DNA from: Phoronis australis
Lineage: Eukaryota > Animalia > Phoronida
NCBI GenBank assembly: GCA_002633005.1
Contig: NMRA01000333.1
Coordinates: 124,001 to 188,000 of the forward strand
Direction: 5' to 3'
DNA length: 64,000 nt
Shown: positions 1-11,589 of the stretch, piece after piece
Layout: each line of letters starts with the position of its first letter
How positions within the stretch are numbered: the first letter of the stretch is position 1
Translations under genes and position numbers: made by a program
The notes under the pieces: model-generated
The model's database searches: none
Told to the model about the DNA's origin: nothing
The model's input: only the letters and a program-made list of their open reading frames with translations

Positions 1-911
1 GAAGACTGAATGGGACTCTGCAACTTCGTGAAGATTGGCAGGGACAGGGTAGCCTAGTAACTACATTTAGTTTTGACCCGGCCATGCGCGTGGTTCTGAT
101 TGGTGAGTTTGAGGCGCAGCGGCCCTAAACTAGCTCAGCCACGCTGTGAAATGATGCGACCTTGAATGTACCGTGCTTGATAACGCACCAATATTCCTAC
201 TTCATGTAATTCTTTTAAAAATTCAAGTACGAACTCATTTTTTGTATTCGAAAGACACGCGGGCAATTTTGCATGCGCATGAGACCCGGGGGTTGTTTGA
301 GAATAGGTACACCACCTAGTGCATCCAATAACTAAATTGCCGTTTAGTTTTGCAGGTAACAGTATATCCGATTCACCCAAGGCGGAAATTTTAGATCTTT
401 TTGGAGTAATGAACCTTTGGAGTAGTGGGCTGTTCCCATATCCAGCGATGTAAGCAAAATACAATCAGATCAAAATATTTAAGTCGATCATTCTCCGGTT
501 AAATATTTCCGTCCGAGTATGTAATGCGGTGTAATCACTCATTTAAGGACAGTCGGTTTGAAAGTTTGGTGGGGGGTAACGCGGGAACGCTCTCATTCTG
601 GACCACATTACATCCGAATTTGGGTCCCGTTCTTTGTGAGCAACCGTCAGGGCATCCTCATTTCTGGTATTACGAATTCCGTCTGATCTTGGGAAAATAG
701 AGCTGAGAGTCGTCTGTATACAGATCCCCCCCAGTTGAGCTGCGTCAAGGGCCTTACCAAAAACTCTACAATGTCGACGTTGGCAAAATATCAAAGGTCC
801 ACCGTACTAGAAATTCAAACCACCCCCGCGCAATGCTGGCTACGGGCCTGTTAAGTCTTAGCCATGGAAAATCTGTCTACAATTCGAAGCCAAGACATAG
901 AAAGACGTACC

Positions 912-1056
912 TGTAATGATAAGCCGTAGTGTAAGTCTAAACTATAAGTATATCAAGGCAAATCAACCTTTCAAACATAAGGGTGTCCCAGTGCGATGAG
1001 CCTATTAAGTAAAGTGTACCGCAGCAATAGAGACATTGCTGGGCTATCATATTACA
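912..1056 (-). repeat. 3' LTR of Gypsy element
   Basis: 145 bp, TG...CA, similar to 5053-5202; purine-rich GGAGGAA on the minus strand just inside it (PPT-like). Confidence 0.9.
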
Positions 1057-4000
1057 TGTTCCTCCAAAGGAAAGGTTTACGCAAGTCACTTTAAAATCAA
1101 GAGTCCTCGTTACAAAATGAACTTATGTCTTACTAGTAACTGGTAACTATACTAAGTCATATGAACGAGAAAACACGTGGGCACTAAAGTCCTTGTCTAT
1201 CCAGTAACATAGTCCTGTAGCTTCAGAAGAGGTCCAGTTTCACGGGACAAACGTCTCGGACCATGTTCCTCTATGGTAGTAGGGGGTTGCACTGGGTTGT
1301 CGTCGCCACACTGTTTCAGCATGGATCGGTTCCGGGGAAGTTGGGAACCATCAGGAGTCTGGATCAGGTATGATCTCAGCTCATTGCTTGCACTAGTAAC
1401 GGTGGTGGGAGCTCAGGTGCCTGTGTTTGGTTGGTATGTTGCAACAAGCTAGCTCTTCTGCAAAGGGTCCAAATCTTGCGTTCGTGCCTTGGAATCATAA
1501 TAGGCCTTCTGGTGTTGTTGTCTTTCTTGGAAACGCTCCAGGTGTTACAATTCACTTCACCCTCGCTGCAGACGACCGGCGGAAGGTAGTAGCCTTCGAT
1601 AATGTCGTGAGTTCAGTAAGACGGCAGGAGACGGAATTGTGTGGTCGACTGGTGTTGTTCGATACGACAGTACTGCAAGATATGGATCACGACCATCACT
1701 ATAGGCCTTGACTGGAAGGTGCTTGACGGCTTGGACCATTCCCTCGGCGAATCCGTTGCTCTGTAGGTATAATGGGGAACTTGTGGTATGTATGATACCT
1801 CATTGGTGACAGAAAGATGCAAATTCCTGGAAGCTATACAGTGGTCCGTTGTCGGAATTCAGTTGCTCTAGTATTCCATTCTCTGTGAAGACCGATTTCA
1901 GGTGGTGGATGAAAGCTAGTGATGTAGTTGATGACAGCTAACGTATAAATGGAGAAATAATAATAAATGAAGCTGTTTGCTACAATAAGATACTGCTGTC
2001 CCTTGAAGTCAAATACGTCAGTGGAAACTCTTTCCCATGAATAACGTGGTATGTTGTACGGATTCAGGGGTTCCTTTTGTTGCTTGGCTGAGTGCATAAG
2101 GTAAGTTCCACAAGTCGCAGTTAAACTCTTGATATCCTTCGTGATATCAGGCCAGAATACGGAATCCTCTGTCATAAGAATGCAATTCTCTGATCCTAGG
2201 TGACCTTGGTGGATGAGGTTGAGCATTTGCTGCCGTAGTTGGTTAGGAAATGATGAGTCTGTGGCCTTTCATGAGTAATCCATTCTCACAGCTGATGTTT
2301 TCACGATAGTTCCAAAACTTTTTGAGATCAGCTGGGCATTGACTGATCAAATCTGGCCACCCGAAGTGGAAAACATCCTTCATGTGGGACAGTTGTTCGT
2401 CAGCGTCCGTGTACTCTCTGATTTTGCGCAACTTGACTGTAATTGCACGAACATTGTGAGTTATGGTATCAATTGTGACTTGGGATGATGCCTCTTCAAA
2501 GTGACAATGCATCGGCCATGACGTTTGCCTTTCCGCGTATGTAACGAATCTCATCATCATACTTCGACATCCTCAGTAACAGTCGTTGCAGTCTAGGAGA
2601 GGCTTTTTGAATTGGCTTCTTCCAAATACTTTCCAATGATTTGTGGTCGGTTTCCAAAATAACATGTTTTCCATAAACGCAATGGTGGAACTTCTCTAGC
2701 GACCAACAAGTAGCAAGCAGTTCCCGCTCAATGTTACTATAGTTCTGCTCAGTATCGGTGAGCGATCTACTTGCATAACATACGGGCTTGTCCTCTTGCA
2801 TAAGGCAGCAACCAAGACCTTTTAAGCTGGCAACTCATTGTATGAGGTTGCTTTTCTTTGGATCATAGTATGTCAAAACCGGTGCATTGGTCAGCAGTTT
2901 CTTGACTTCATGAAACGCTAAGTCATGCTCACACTGCCAGAGAAAGGGGACATCTGACTTCGTTAGTTGATGTAATGACTCAGATGTTTTGACAATTATG
3001 GGCGAGAACCCATTTAAGTAGTTTGCCATACCTATAAACGAACGCAGGTCAGTGATGTTCTTTGGTGGTTCCATTTTCACAATGGCCATCTACTTTGGAA
3101 ACATCTGCCTTGATGCCGTCTGGCATCCACTTCAAGCTGAAGAAAGAGGCTTCTTGTGCTTTGAACTGAAATTTCTCAGGGTTCAGCTTGACGTTCCGTT
3201 AACGGGCTCTGTCAAGAAATTCTGGGACTGTCCCTGTCAACAACACCGGTAACTCCCATTAGGTCCCCAAAGGTAGCGTCCATATGCTCTTGACAAAGCC
3301 AAATGGTAGTCTCAGTCAGGAGTACTTCCCCCATGGTGTTGAAAAGATGCACAATCGGGTACTATCGGCGTCCAGTGAGATTTGCCAATAACCACTGCAT
3401 GCGCCAATGATGCTGAAGAATTTCGATCCGATGACAATAGGTAATACGTCGTCCAAGGTCTTCGTGTAGTGTTGATTGCGTAACACCGCCCAATTTAGGT
3501 CACGGGGATCCAAGCACACTCAAATTGAGCCGTTCTTTTTCTCCTTGATGACAACTGAGTTAATCTATGGTGTGTATTCGTTCTCAGCTTTGCGAATGAT
3601 TCCTCCGCTTTCCAAGCGATCTAGTTCTTGTTTGAACTTTTCTTGCATGTGCACTGATATTCTTCGTGGGGGTGCTGAACAGGCGGTGTGTTTGGGTCGA
3701 TCTTGATGTGGTGTTGTGCCCCTAGGAATCTGCCAATACCGGTGAATACGTCTTTGTACCGTGTGAGTACCTCTTCACTCGTTAAGGGTTTCTGACTTGT
3801 AGTGATTGGAAACTGCAGTTTTATCAAACCCAACTGCTGACTCGTCACATTGCCTATTATGACTGGAAAAACTGCGTAGCGACGACACTTCAAAGTCAAC
3901 CTCCGTTGCGCGGTGGGAATCGGGAGTTTGCACACGAACTCTAGTGCTGCCAAGGTTCTCAATTTTACTACCACCGTACGGTTCCATCGTGTATTTGGTG

Positions 4001-5052
4001 GGTCCTTTCTTCTCCCAGACATCCATTGGGATCACATTTGCTTTGGCTTCAGAGTCAATTTTGCACATAACAGTGTGTGACGTGTTATTGACTCCTAACT
4101 TCAACTCAAGTAGGGTTCTGTCCCTGTTAGATACTACAGCTAAGTTGGACCCAGGTGCTCGTTGGGTTGCCGGAGTAGCACGTATTGGTCCCAGAAACAG
4201 CCCGTCAGCTGGCGGTCTAGTGTTCACTGAGGCATCTGCTGCGTTTACACCGTACATCTGCTTATGTCGATGGGAACGTGCTTTTGTGAAGTGTCCTGCT
4301 TCCTTGCAGGTGTGGCATCTACCATTTCTTGCTGGACACCTATGTCGGGGGTGATGTACGCCAGTACAGAAGGGGCAACGTTCATAATTGGCGTGAGCAT
4401 GAGGAGATGTCACTGGGGGAGGCCTTTGATGCTTGGGTCGCCATAAGTCTGCTACGGCTTGCTGTGAATAGCATTGACAGTCGGCGCCAGCTGCATACTT
4501 TGTAACTGAAGTTCAGCAGACTCGTCGGCTTTAGCTAATTCACGAGCTCTCGCAAAAGTTAACGCATTGCTTTCTTTGAAACACTCTTTGCGTACCCTGT
4601 CGGATTGCAAGCCAGAAACTAGATGGTCCCACAGAAAGCGGCCATGTGCATCAGGGGGGTCAACAGCATCGGTGACCAGGGTTCCAAGTCTTGCAATAAA
4701 TTCCTCTGGAGTCTAGTTCTCTTGTATGGCATGGAGAAGAACCCATGCAGCCATCAGTTGGTGGTAGCAGGGCTCTACATGTTTTTCTAAATTTTACGAA
4801 TAGTTGTCCAGCACATTAGCAGCATCAGATGTAAGTCCCCAACTGTTAAATATTTCGAGACCTCTGCTGCCCGCCCATAACAATAAGTACTTACACTTAA
4901 CTGCTTCCTCAATCTTGATTCTTGGCCATGTGGGACCAGTGAAAAGCAATTTACATTGCTGTTTCCACATTTTGTATCTAGCGTAAGTGCTATTGTCCAT
5001 GGACCAGTCCATTGAAGGGCCCTTATCTAGATAAGCCGCCATCCTGACACCA

Positions 5053-5202
5053 TGTAATGATAAGCAGCAGTTTAAGTCTAAACTATATATTAAGTATATC
5101 AAGGAAAATTAACCTTTCAAACATGAGGATGTCCCAGTACAGTGAAGCTGTTAAGTAAAGTGTACCGCAGCAATAGAGACATTGCTGGGCTATCATGTTA
5201 CA
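5053..5202 (-). repeat. 5' LTR of Gypsy element
   Basis: 150 bp, TG...CA, followed on the minus strand by PBS TGGTGTCAGGA (complementary to a tRNA-Leu-type 3' end). Confidence 0.9.
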
Positions 5203-5443
5203 ATACCCTGCTCTGGAGCAGACAAACCTCAACTTTTGGCTCTATATACTAGACTCTTAGAGAGACAGGCCACCATGAACGTCGTCCACAAGCGTATTTG
5301 CCCTGAGCAATGTCTTTGCTTTCGTCTGAGCTGAAATGGGTTACTCGTCTGGAATTTACCTGGCGTTACGTCAAGCTGTATTGGCGATTGAAACTAACCG
5401 CACAGGCAGGGCTCGGTCTGAAGCATCAACGACTACTTAGCGC

Positions 5444-5450
5444 TATAAAA
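5444..5450 (+). promoter_or_regulatory. Candidate TATA box of the small chitin-binding-like gene
   Basis: TATAAAA upstream of a strong donor AC|GTAAGT at 5655/5656. Confidence 0.3.
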
Positions 5451-5578
5451 GTGGTCTCATGTGACAGGTGACTTGTGGTCTCGCGATTAACTTACTGTTC
5501 GTGATTGCTAGAGACTATGCTCGGCGAATAAAGTGACAGTCAGTGAAAAACCAGCTTGTAGAGCCTCGGTTTCGAGCA

Positions 5579-7760
5579 ATGGTGAACTTTCAGTTATTTC
5601 CAAGCCAAGCAGTCACATCTATTTTGACTAAGAAACTTGAGACCTGTTTCATAACGTAAGTTGCCAAAATCAAATGTTGTTTTTGTGAGGCTAAAAAAAG
5701 CGTTTATGAACCCGTAAGAATTTGCTTCTTGGTGCGTTGCTGATTCGTGTTTATTAAGTCTTTTATCACAGAGGGAGTATCTTTTCAGGCTGTTATTTCC
5801 CTGGACAATACGTTTACGACACAGAAAGCAAATGCATCCACTACTGGTGCGATCCCGTCGGCAAAGGAAGTAATAACTTTCGCTACATTAAAAAGCACTG
5901 TCCAGATGGTTATATTGCCCACGATGAAACAGCACCTTGCGCCTTCATTGGTGGCTTCCACTCCCTCTGCAAGAGGAATAAACCTATTCCCAAAGAGACT
6001 TGCAATGGTAAATATTCTGATCAAATCCAAGGATGTTCGCTTGCTTATGTAGTACTTTTACGTTTAAGATTTCACCATATTGAGCGATATGATATTTCGT
6101 GTCGCACGTTGAAGTTAATCAAAATGCTATCCAACATTGTATTGAGGGATGTTCGGTGTGTCAAAAGTGGGCAACTTCAACCTGAGACAAATTAACGAAT
6201 TGTAACTGCGAGCTATATTCCGACAACAGCATAGCCACAAAAAACAAGATGTGTTAACTTGTTTCACGAAGCAAAAGTAAATCAAAACAACCCCACACGC
6301 GCCACTGTGTGAAACAGGATATCTCAATGAGGTTACACGGATCTTACCCATCAGTGCTCAATATACCGTTAATTCTCTTTCATTTCACAACTTGCTCACA
6401 GCGTCATAGATGTACGCAAGGTAAAAACAATACATATAGTATTGAAAAGTGGGCTTGGTTTGTGAAAAACAAGAAAATTCGTGGACGGAAAGAAATATCT
6501 CTCCAAAGATATTTATTATTCAGTGCTGCTCGTATGATTGTCTTCCTTTTAAGTTAACGCGATTTTTCCTAAGATATTTCGTTTTTACAGTTTAGAAACA
6601 CCGATGTTTTAAGAGTACCATTAGTTCTTGACCACAGAATCAGTAACAATCTGATTGTGAGCGTAGATATAAACAAATTCAAGGTCAGCTTTCCGTTTTA
6701 ACCTAAAAATACAACCAAGAAAAAACATCGAGAAACACATCACGTGTCAGCGACATCAGAGCTAGCAACAGCACACTTAAATCATACCTATTCCATTGCT
6801 GAAAAGTAGCTGTGTTGTCACAAAATTAATGGCAATGACGTCATACCTCCCATAGAGAAGGCAGGTACAACGTGTGTTATCGTATAAAAATCACCTTCTA
6901 CAGACATTGTTCTGAAAACAAAAGAAATGCTGTCTCTGTTAATGTCTTGGCTCGTGAAGGTAATATAGAGGACCGTGCTTGAGTCTCAGAAATCAGCAGG
7001 CTATGTTGTCCCTCAACACAACAGAGTGTCACTGTTCCTGTGGCGACTGTACATGGTGTGACCATTTGTTGTTATTGCTTTGGCAGTTGGTGACACGTGG
7101 TGTACTTATGTTCATCCTCGTGACGCTTTTAAATTAAAAATTGAAAACACAAGCAAAACTTTGACCACAAGGCATGAACTTGTTCATATCTGCGCTCATA
7201 ATCGGGTGGTTTCAGCTGTTCCAGATTGAAACGTTCGACTTGTTAAGAAAATGCCGCCACACGCAGATATTTTTGTATATTTATATCTATAGGTCATCAG
7301 AAACAAAAGAAGACAAGTTATTCGTTTTTTGGATGCTAAGGAGACTTCCAGGTTGGCGGTGCTCCGATCATACATAAATGTGCAATGGCTATGTAGCCTA
7401 AGTAATGAGCCCGTGCTTAGGTCTTTTTGTAACTGGTTTTAGATTTCATCGTAACGCCTGTTTTGATGGAACATGTACGAGAACCAGGCAGCAACGTGGT
7501 AGAGCCCCCTGTGGGAAGTACTGGCAAATTTTCTGTCTTTTTCAGATTGCCTCAATCGTGGAAGTTGTTGCTTGAGTAACCATATCGTCTTTAAAGCAAC
7601 GGTCGGATGTAAGCGTTATTGGGTGACCGACATGCGCAGTAACCCTCTCCATACATCAAATATGCCGTGTCCTTCTGGTACACGTTTCAACACGGATAAA
7701 TGCGGCTGCACTTATTACCCGGAAGGAATATCTAACACCCAAACGGACTGTCGCTTTTAA
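5579..7760 (+). CDS. Small cysteine-rich protein with chitin-binding type-2 (peritrophin-A/CBM14)-like domain; upstream exons tentative
   Basis: Last exon 7546-7760 (after TTTTTCAG) reads DCLNRGSCC..GCKRYWVT..MPCPSGTRFNTDKCGC..DCRF*. Exons 5579-5655 and 7293-7351 join it in frame (116 aa). AATAAA at 7940. No clear signal peptide in this model. Confidence 0.5.
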
Positions 7761-8299
7761 AGCAACAGGAACTGTTGTCATGGAAACAGTACGTCACAAA
7801 ATGGCATATTAGTGAATCTTCATATCCGATTGATAAAATGAAAAATTAATTATTGAATATCTCTCTTTCAGTGACCGACATTTGTGCCCATGTAAGAATT
7901 ATCATAATGGAATTAACTGAAATATAAATGTGCTTGAGGAATAAATGATTCTTTTCGCTATAATGAAGTATGCTTATGTCAGTATTTTACCGATGATCAC
8001 TTAAAAACTGTATCGACTTTGCAAAACAAAAGATTCTGCTTTTGTAACTTACAAGTGACTCAAATATAAACACTTTCCAGACTTCAATAAAGACGATATA
8101 ACTTTTTCCACTGACAACTTTCAGTACAGTTGTTGAATATTTGCTGGGTGAAATATAATTATGCAAATTATGCAAGATTTAGCACTAAGCTGTGTGCATG
8201 TAAGTACAGAAGTTTTGCACATTAAAAAATTAACAAAATTTATTTCATTACATAACAAGGACGTTTAATATTTCGACCCAAATAACTAATCTTCGGCTC

Positions 8300-10524
8300 T
8301 GTTGTGTGTATCGAGACTGGTTACAAGATCAGCCTTACCTGACTTCTCACGAATATGAGGTCAACACACAATAGATAGCTGATTACAGCACAGGTCCACT
8401 ATACGTCTTCAAACTGCAGCGACGGATTTCTCAGCCACCCAACAAGTGGCGCTCTCCGCAAATCAAGCAGCTCTCCGTCGCTCTCCGACAGTTTGCGTCG
8501 CTCTCCGTGAAGACTACGATCGTCTGCCACTCTACTCACACAATATTCCTCCCTGATTATTTTTAAGTTCAAACAATAATAAGTAAGTATACATCAGCCA
8601 AGTTCGGAAATTATCATCACTAGGTACACCTAGAATCCAACTGGCGGAAACATTAAATTGAACACATTTACACTTGTTGTTCCAATTAATACTTTCTCCT
8701 AGGGCTCACGAGTCCTCTGTCTCTACTTTCCTCTTCCCAACTCATCAACTAGATGGTGTCTGCTGGGTACGACCATGGTCGGTCGGTGTTAGAGGATACC
8801 TGTAAGATCTGACTTTGGTCGGCTGACCTTGAAAACAACGTCTGACGTAACCGACCATGGTCGGCCAGTGTTCAGGATGGCGATGTTGATCAGATTTATT
8901 TCGACTGTGTTCAAACAATCTTCGGTACGGCAACGTTTGCCACCTTCGTCTACGGTTGGACTGTATACAGAGCAAAGAGGATCGTTTGGTGCGACTATGG
9001 TCCGCCAAATTGCAGTTGAAAACAGTGTCAAAGCTGGACTCAAATCTAACTTTGCTGATATCATCCCTGCCTCACTCCACTTCGGGTGCAACGACTAGCA
9101 GCCGATCTGGGAGACTGGCGCTACTGGCACAATATAGGTACAGTTGAATTCGGGAAGAGCTGCAACATCTTCCTGTGTCAAGTGGAACCAGGTTCCACTA
9201 TTTGCAGTCGTCACACTGCACCACTGTGGAACCCTCGTTTTGTATGAGAGATGCAATGTACCTGAATATCAGTGGACAAGGCTTTAATTTTTCCCCTTCC
9301 AAAAGTTTGAGATCCTTTCTTAACCTTACGATACCCTCTGGAATTAGCCGTCTTTACATTTCTTCAGCTTAGCATGATCGTGTTCCCACCGAGGGTCTAA
9401 ATCGCACTTTCTAGCAAATATAATGGCGGGATCGGACCAAGGAGGGTACAGATTTTTACTTTGACCCACTGGTACAGCTTTCCTGAAAACACGGACTGGA
9501 TCCCACTCTTGGCAATCAAACTTCCGCACTTTAAAATCATAATCGTTTTGGCCCTTTCCATTGCTCTACAAAAATTCTCCCTTGCGATTTCGTGAGCCCG
9601 TGAAAGTTTCCAAATCAACTCGTTTGCATAAGTTGTAGAATTGCCAGTAGTATTAGCCTTGTACAGCCTAAAAGATACTTCTGTAGGGGTTTAACTTCCC
9701 GACCTAACATCATCATGTTAGGTGTTAAATCCGTAGATCAGTTTTTGCATTTGCGCAACGTTCCTGCGATCATTAGAGACATATTGGTCCCAATGTTGCG
9801 GAAACTCACCAACAATTTGTACCACTATCGGAAGAGATTTGAAATGGACAGCCAAATCTTGCAAAGACATGGTCAACCAACGCTCTAGCTGTCGTTTCCG
9901 CACTTTGATCTGGAAGTGGAAGACACTCTACCCCCTTCATGAATTGATCGACTACCATCAGAATATACTCATTTCCCGTTGTCGGCAATCTACCTAGAAA
10001 GTCTTTATGCACCCTTTTCACCGGTACCTCTGCCTGGTACTTTACCAGTGGCGTTCGAGCTTTGCGTATCCGACCTTTGCATTGGTTACAGACAGCACAA
10101 GCCTCCTCAAATTCTCCCCACCAGACAGAGACGGATTGTCGCGCATCTGCATAGGCTACCGATGTGACCCGTCGGACACTGGGTGGAGTGGTCTTAGTTG
10201 CTTCACTTATGACCTCGCAGGTTGACGTAGTAGGCGTGTTGGGTCTTGTTGGCTCTGTTGTACAGACCCATCGTCTATTTGGGAGATCTACGTATTGGTG
10301 GTGAACTCTCTTCGCTGCTCTGGTCTGTCCATCACAATAGTCATAGTTGTTCATTTGCTTTTATTTGTATTTATCTATGTTTTTTTAATCAATGAGTCTA
10401 CTAGTATATTTGGCAGGTACTCAGTTGGTTACTGTATATACAGTGAATATGTATTATTACAATGATATTATAATAATATAACTTTGAACAAGGAATTAAT
10501 CTTATTTTAATTTGCGTGTCAACA
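8300..10524 (-). mobile_element. Decayed Gypsy-type (or Ginger-like) integrase element with C-terminal PHD remnant and LTR-like 3' end
   Basis: Integrase HHCC pieces (HSTQCPTGHIG; CAVC/CNQC) and core RVHKDFLG..YILMVVDQF..FARFGCPFQISSDSG at 9806-10200; C-terminal KNLYPPW; PHD remnant 9125-9265; PPT GGGAGGAA then TGTGTG...CAACA at 8300-8542. No RT or gag seen. Confidence 0.8.
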
Positions 10525-10613
10525 ATCCTAGACACACCCTCTGTTCAGACAGGCCCTGCTAGAAGTCAATTTTGAATTTCTCGTGAAATAAACGAGAACT
10601 AATCTATTCAGTA

Positions 10614-11426
10614 CAGTGGCGGATCTAAGAAACCACGATTGTAGATGCGCACTGCACCGAATGGGGGGAGGTCGGGAGGGGTGTTTGTCCCCTCCCGCCC
10701 AGGAAATTATGAGTTTCTGCTCCACTGTGCAATGAAGAAAATTACTTCATTTTTTAAAGAAAATGGAATCTGAGTGATGATGAAAAAACAGAAGCTGCTG
10801 GTAAGATGTCAATTTTAATCGAAGCCTTAGTGAATCACTCAGAAACTCATAATTCTCTCTTTGTCAAACCTTAACTTGAGACGATTTCCAGAGCAATCAC
10901 GTCATTATTGCAAACACAAAAAAACGGATTTGGTCTTTTGGGCAATTGAAGACTATTTTAAATACAACAAATTTGTTACGAACTGATTGCACAAAATATA
11001 AAACATGTAATAGATCTAAGCATAACAAAAAGAAGGAGGTTTCGCGCGCAAACGCTGTGGACCATAAACAAGTAGGTCTCTCGGTATCAAATTGGGAGTT
11101 AATTCGTCGTGGTGCAGTGGTCAAGCACTCGCGCGTTATCTGCCAGGTCGTGAGTTCGAGTCTGTGGGCTTGCAGTTTTTCCCGTTTGACACTTTCTCCG
11201 TTTAATTTGTATTTTGTTGTCTTGTTTTTCTTGGATAATACTTCGGGAATCAAGGAAAATGCTTGATTGTTAGAGGAAAAAACAGAAAAATTTCCTGGGC
11301 GGGAGGGGGCAAAACCCCTCACGACCTCCCCCATTCGGTGCTATGCGCATCTACAATCGTGCTTTGAGCAAATGTTTACAGACAAAATGTTGCTCCCCCC
11401 CTTGTGATATCCTAGATCCGCCACTG
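10614..11426. mobile_element. Non-autonomous DNA transposon (hAT-like MITE)
   Basis: TIRs CAGTGGCGGATCTA / TAGATCCGCCACTG plus ~50-bp subterminal inverted repeats (CACGATTGTAGATGCGCA..GAATGGGGG.. / ..CCCCCATTC..TGCGCATCTACAATCGTG); no TSD found. Confidence 0.8.
11103..11172 (+). repeat. tRNA-derived SINE head inside the MITE
   Basis: A-box TGGTGCAGTGG and B-box GAGTTCGAGTC at tRNA-like spacing; no intact acceptor stem. Confidence 0.5.
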
Positions 11427-11589
11427 TTATAGCTAAGTACTAGTGTAGGCCCTAGCGTTACTGAACGCAGCCCGGCTTCGATTTCCCGCCAAAACGTTAT
11501 ATCACTAGTGACATAACTAAATGGGTTATTACACGGCTGTATTTGCCATTCGACGCTAATATTGTGGTATAAAAGAAGTTATCAAGCGT

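Larger units (their letters stand above)
912..5202 (-). mobile_element. Full-length, decayed Ty3/Gypsy LTR retrotransposon (Mag-like)
   Basis: Direct repeats 912-1056 and 5053-5202, both TGTAAT...TTACA; flanks GTACC/ATACC (5-bp TSD, 1 mismatch); PBS TGGTGTCAGGA next to the 5' LTR. Frameshifted minus-strand gag (MAAYLDKG..., CxxC-H-C knuckles CPFCTGVHH..C/CHTCKEAGH), protease (KIDSEA), RT (CLDPRDLN, SGYWQI, STPWG), RNase H (PVCYASRSL, ETDHKSL) and integrase (HQGHLG, WERVSTDVFDF, YRTTP). Confidence 0.95.

Noticed and set aside
135-850. ORFs of 109 and 83 aa
   Set aside because: No recognisable motifs; region ends in a MITE-like terminus at 836-850 whose partner is not visible.
7174-7377. Signal-peptide-like ORF MNLFISALIIGW as first exon of the chitin-binding gene
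   Set aside because: In frame, but reads through a good acceptor at 7292 and has no convincing earlier donor; not excluded without RNA data.
11103-11172. Functional tRNA gene (also 30231-30310)
   Set aside because: A/B boxes present but cloverleaf incomplete; treated as SINE-derived.
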